Made by a program: the position numbers and the translations under genes
Shown: positions 33,318 to 35,737 of the stretch, one piece after another
Numbering within the stretch: the first letter of the stretch is position 1
How the letters are laid out: each line of letters opens with the position of its first letter
IMG/VR virus record: IMGVR_UViG_3300003375_000009
Span: 1-35,737 of that record
Length of the DNA: 35,737 nucleotides
Direction: 5' to 3' (one strand)
DNA from: a virus
Taxonomy: Duplodnaviria; Caudoviricetes
Notes under the pieces: generated by a model
The model's input: only the letters and a program-made list of their open reading frames with translations
Told to the model about the DNA's origin: nothing
Database searches by the model: none

Positions 33318-35737
33318 CTAAGGCACTACGCAAACTGTTGTTATGCCTGCAATTGTTGTCTTGTACACGTTTCCACTGACCAACCCTGCACCGGTAGCAG
33401 CCGCGTCATTTGCATAGGTCGGAATGTGGAACAGCGATATGATATCGTTAACGGTATCGAGTGAGAACAAGGTTGTACCAGTGATCGCGTTGCCTACCGA
33501 GTATATTCCGTTAACATAATTTTCGATGATCTTATCGTAGTCATTGAGATTTGTAAACGTGCTGTTATTGATGCCACTGATATCTCCGTATGTGATCTGA
33601 ATGTAGTAGCCGGTCGTAAGCGAGAACGAACCAATACCGTCGACGGTGTCTATTGCGTATTGCCCTGTTATCCCACCTGCATAATTTCCCAAGTGCAGAT
33701 AGTTTGTACTTCCATTATCGTCAAGAACCCAGTTATTTCCGTTGTGAGCCCCAGACAGGTCTCCTATGCTTATCACCTCAGCGCCGACATTTACAGCGAA
33801 GAACTCATTTCCATTGGTGTCTATGATCTGATAGTTTCCACTACTTCCCCATACACCTAGGTTTGAGGTCATCGTTGAGTTGCCGTCTGTAATGGTAAAG
33901 TTCGAGTTATTTCCCCAACCTTGTGAGCCAATTGCGTATGTACTATTTGCGAAGTCAATGTTGAACCCCTGTTGGTTCGCAGCGACCGTTCCGTTTATGA
34001 CTTGAAACTGCTGTGCATTGTCGTCGATATAAAAGTACGTTCCATTTTGTGTAAAGTTTACATCTCCGAATACCGTATACGCGTCATTACCGCTGTAACC
34101 CACCTGACCAACAAGAATATTTGTATTCGCTGCACTGTAAAAATTAAACTGATTGGTGGAACTATTGATAACACCCGCACCGTCGTTCACGATAAAACTG
34201 TTTTGATTATTCGTCCCACTCAAGTCACCCATTGCAACGTAGTTGTTGTACGGTTGAATTGTCAGCCATATGTCATTGCCCAGCTGCGAACTCTGGAAGT
34301 TTGTCTGACCATAGTTCTGCATCGTCCAAATACTGGTGGTCTGGTCAATGTCCATCAACATTGAAGAACCAGCACCAGAAAGATCACCGAGCTTCACCTG
34401 ACCATTATAGCTTACGAAAACTGATTGATTGCCCGTTCCGAGGTCTTCCACAATAAAGTAGTTCCCATTACCTGTGTATACAGTCGTTCCGCCACCACCT
34501 GTCGTGTTTGTTTGAACGATAATTTTATCGCCACTATAAACCTGATTTATGTCTCCGATCTTTGCATTTCCTGCTGACGGACTTGCTTGCACCCACGGAT
34601 CACCGGATGTGTCTCCAAGACCAACGCTCCCGATTGCACCCGCAAATATACTCTCTCCTATGTCGTCAATTGTGAGCAGTGTTCCGTTCCAGTCGAAGTC
34701 AACGTCGCCGATTTTTGCTATGCGGTTTGCGTTGTTGAATACTGCAATTCTGTCTGATGCAATATGCCCAAATCCCCTAAACTCAAATGTTTGACTTGCA
34801 TCGGTTAAATAAAATGCAGTTTGATTGCCATTTCCTTGTAAATCTCCGAAGCTGACGTTTGGGTTGTCTCCGCTTGTTATATCAAGCCAAAAATTGCCAT
34901 TGCTATCATTGTAGGAGAAACTTCCTCCGTAGTCGGTTTGAGCAGCCGCTTGTCCATGTGCGGAAAAACTGTTTGCAACAACAAAGGAAGCGAACACACT
35001 ATTTGCGTTGCTTGATGCTTGAAGTTGCCCAAAGCCATTGTAGGCACTTAGTTGCACACCTACTTGATTTTGGTTTGTATTGTTTGATTGAACCAAAACA
35101 AAAGCTGGGTCGTTTGTTCCCAATGCACCTGCCGCATCGTTGACGATTGCTACTACGCCATTTGTTTGGTTGCCACCACTTGTGGGTGTTTCGCCATAGT
35201 AGAAAAATGTCGCGGGTTGGTTATTTACTGGTGCAAAAGAGGCTGCTGTAATAAGTCCTCCTGTAATTCCTGAACCGAAATTGGTTATCAGGTTCATCTC
35301 CTGCGTGACAGAGTTTCGTGTGAAGTTTGTATCTCCAAACTGCGTACCACTTTGACTGATATATTGGATTTCCCCATTTGTGAAACCTGTTTGCGCACCT
35401 CCAAGGGAGACACCTGCTCCACCTCCACCACCGCCGGAAACAGTCGCGCCGCCATTTCCGTCATACTCAAGCGTGAAACTACTATCAAAATTGAGGACGC
35501 GTATACCCGCGTCAGAAACAAGTGTACCTGCCGAAGCAACACGCAACGCATTGACGCCACCGTATCGCATGAGCGCGCTTTGAAAAAGGTTTGGTAGGTT
35601 TTTGAAATTAGCGTCGTACTCCGCAAACTTCTCCGTCACGCCGGCAACCGCAGAAGCCTTGAGACGTTCATCGTCCGTCAAAAGTTCAAGACGATCGCGC
35701 AAGTCCTCACTATGCAAAAATGGTGCATCGTCTCCTC
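33318..35737 (-). CDS. 3' part of origin-spanning repeat-rich tail fibre/adhesin
   Basis: About 9 imperfect GDx4NxT-type repeats; C-terminal PTYANDAAATGAGLVSGNVYKT fibre-tip motif. Confidence 0.85.
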   Translation of the reverse strand, partial: GDDAPFLHSEDLRDRLELLTDDERLKASAVAGVTEKFAEYDANFKNLPNLFQSALMRYGGVNALRVASAGTLVSDAGIRVLNFDSSFTLEYDGNGGATVSGGGGGGAGVSLGGAQTGFTNGEIQYISQSGTQFGDTNFTRNSVTQEMNLITNFGSGITGGLITAASFAPVNNQPATFFYYGETPTSGGNQTNGVVAIVNDAAGALGTNDPAFVLVQSNNTNQNQVGVQLSAYNGFGQLQASSNANSVFASFVVANSFSAHGQAAAQTDYGGSFSYNDSNGNFWLDITSGDNPNVSFGDLQGNGNQTAFYLTDASQTFEFRGFGHIASDRIAVFNNANRIAKIGDVDFDWNGTLLTIDDIGESIFAGAIGSVGLGDTSGDPWVQASPSAGNAKIGDINQVYSGDKIIVQTNTTGGGGTTVYTGNGNYFIVEDLGTGNQSVFVSYNGQVKLGDLSGAGSSMLMDIDQTTSIWTMQNYGQTNFQSSQLGNDIWLTIQPYNNYVAMGDLSGTNNQNSFIVNDGAGVINSSTNQFNFYSAANTNILVGQVGYSGNDAYTVFGDVNFTQNGTYFYIDDNAQQFQVINGTVAANQQGFNIDFANSTYAIGSQGWGNNSNFTITDGNSTMTSNLGVWGSSGNYQIIDTNGNEFFAVNVGAEVISIGDLSGAHNGNNWVLDDNGSTNYLHLGNYAGGITGQYAIDTVDGIGSFSLTTGYYIQITYGDISGINNSTFTNLNDYDKIIENYVNGIYSVGNAITGTTLFSLDTVNDIISLFHIPTYANDAAATGAGLVSGNVYKTTIAGITTVCVVP
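35642..35737. repeat. 96-bp exact terminal direct repeat, copy 2
   Basis: Identical to 1-96. Confidence 0.97.

Noticed and set aside
33318-35717. Diversity-generating retroelement target
   Set aside because: No reverse transcriptase and no near-identical TR/VR nucleotide repeat noticed; repeats are degenerate protein-level only.
571-35717. Stop-codon reassignment
   Set aside because: Core genes are full length in the standard code and TAA, TAG and TGA all end tightly packed genes.

Overview
The window is an apparently complete, circularly assembled ~35.64-kb tailed-phage genome: bases 1-96 repeat exactly at 35642-35737. Almost all genes are on the minus strand. It has a podovirus-like morphogenesis block: TerS/TerL, portal, scaffold, major capsid, adaptor, fibre, nozzle, LysM- and lytic-transglycosylase-bearing ejection proteins, and an origin-spanning collagen/repeat adhesin. 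It also has a holin + GH19 lysis cassette and an early block of HNH, VRR-NUC, HU-like, PD-(D/E)XK nuclease and SSB genes. I see no integrase, repressor, polymerase, primase or helicase. Most notable: (i) a ~530-nt promoter-driven, highly structured non-coding leader with a leaderless peptide/terminator attenuator and an embedded tRNA-elbow mimic; (ii) a divergent array of three paralogous Zn-ribbon microproteins; (iii) three glycosyltransferases right behind the capsid gene plus a cytidylyltransferase; (iv) structured intergenic RNAs, including a pseudoknot, and an ORF enclosed by inverted and direct repeats; (v) apparent genome-wide absence of CCNGG and GGNCC. SD motifs are scarce and promoters are sigma70-type, compatible with but not proving a Patescibacteria/CPR-type host. 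All calls come from motif recognition by eye; no searches were run.
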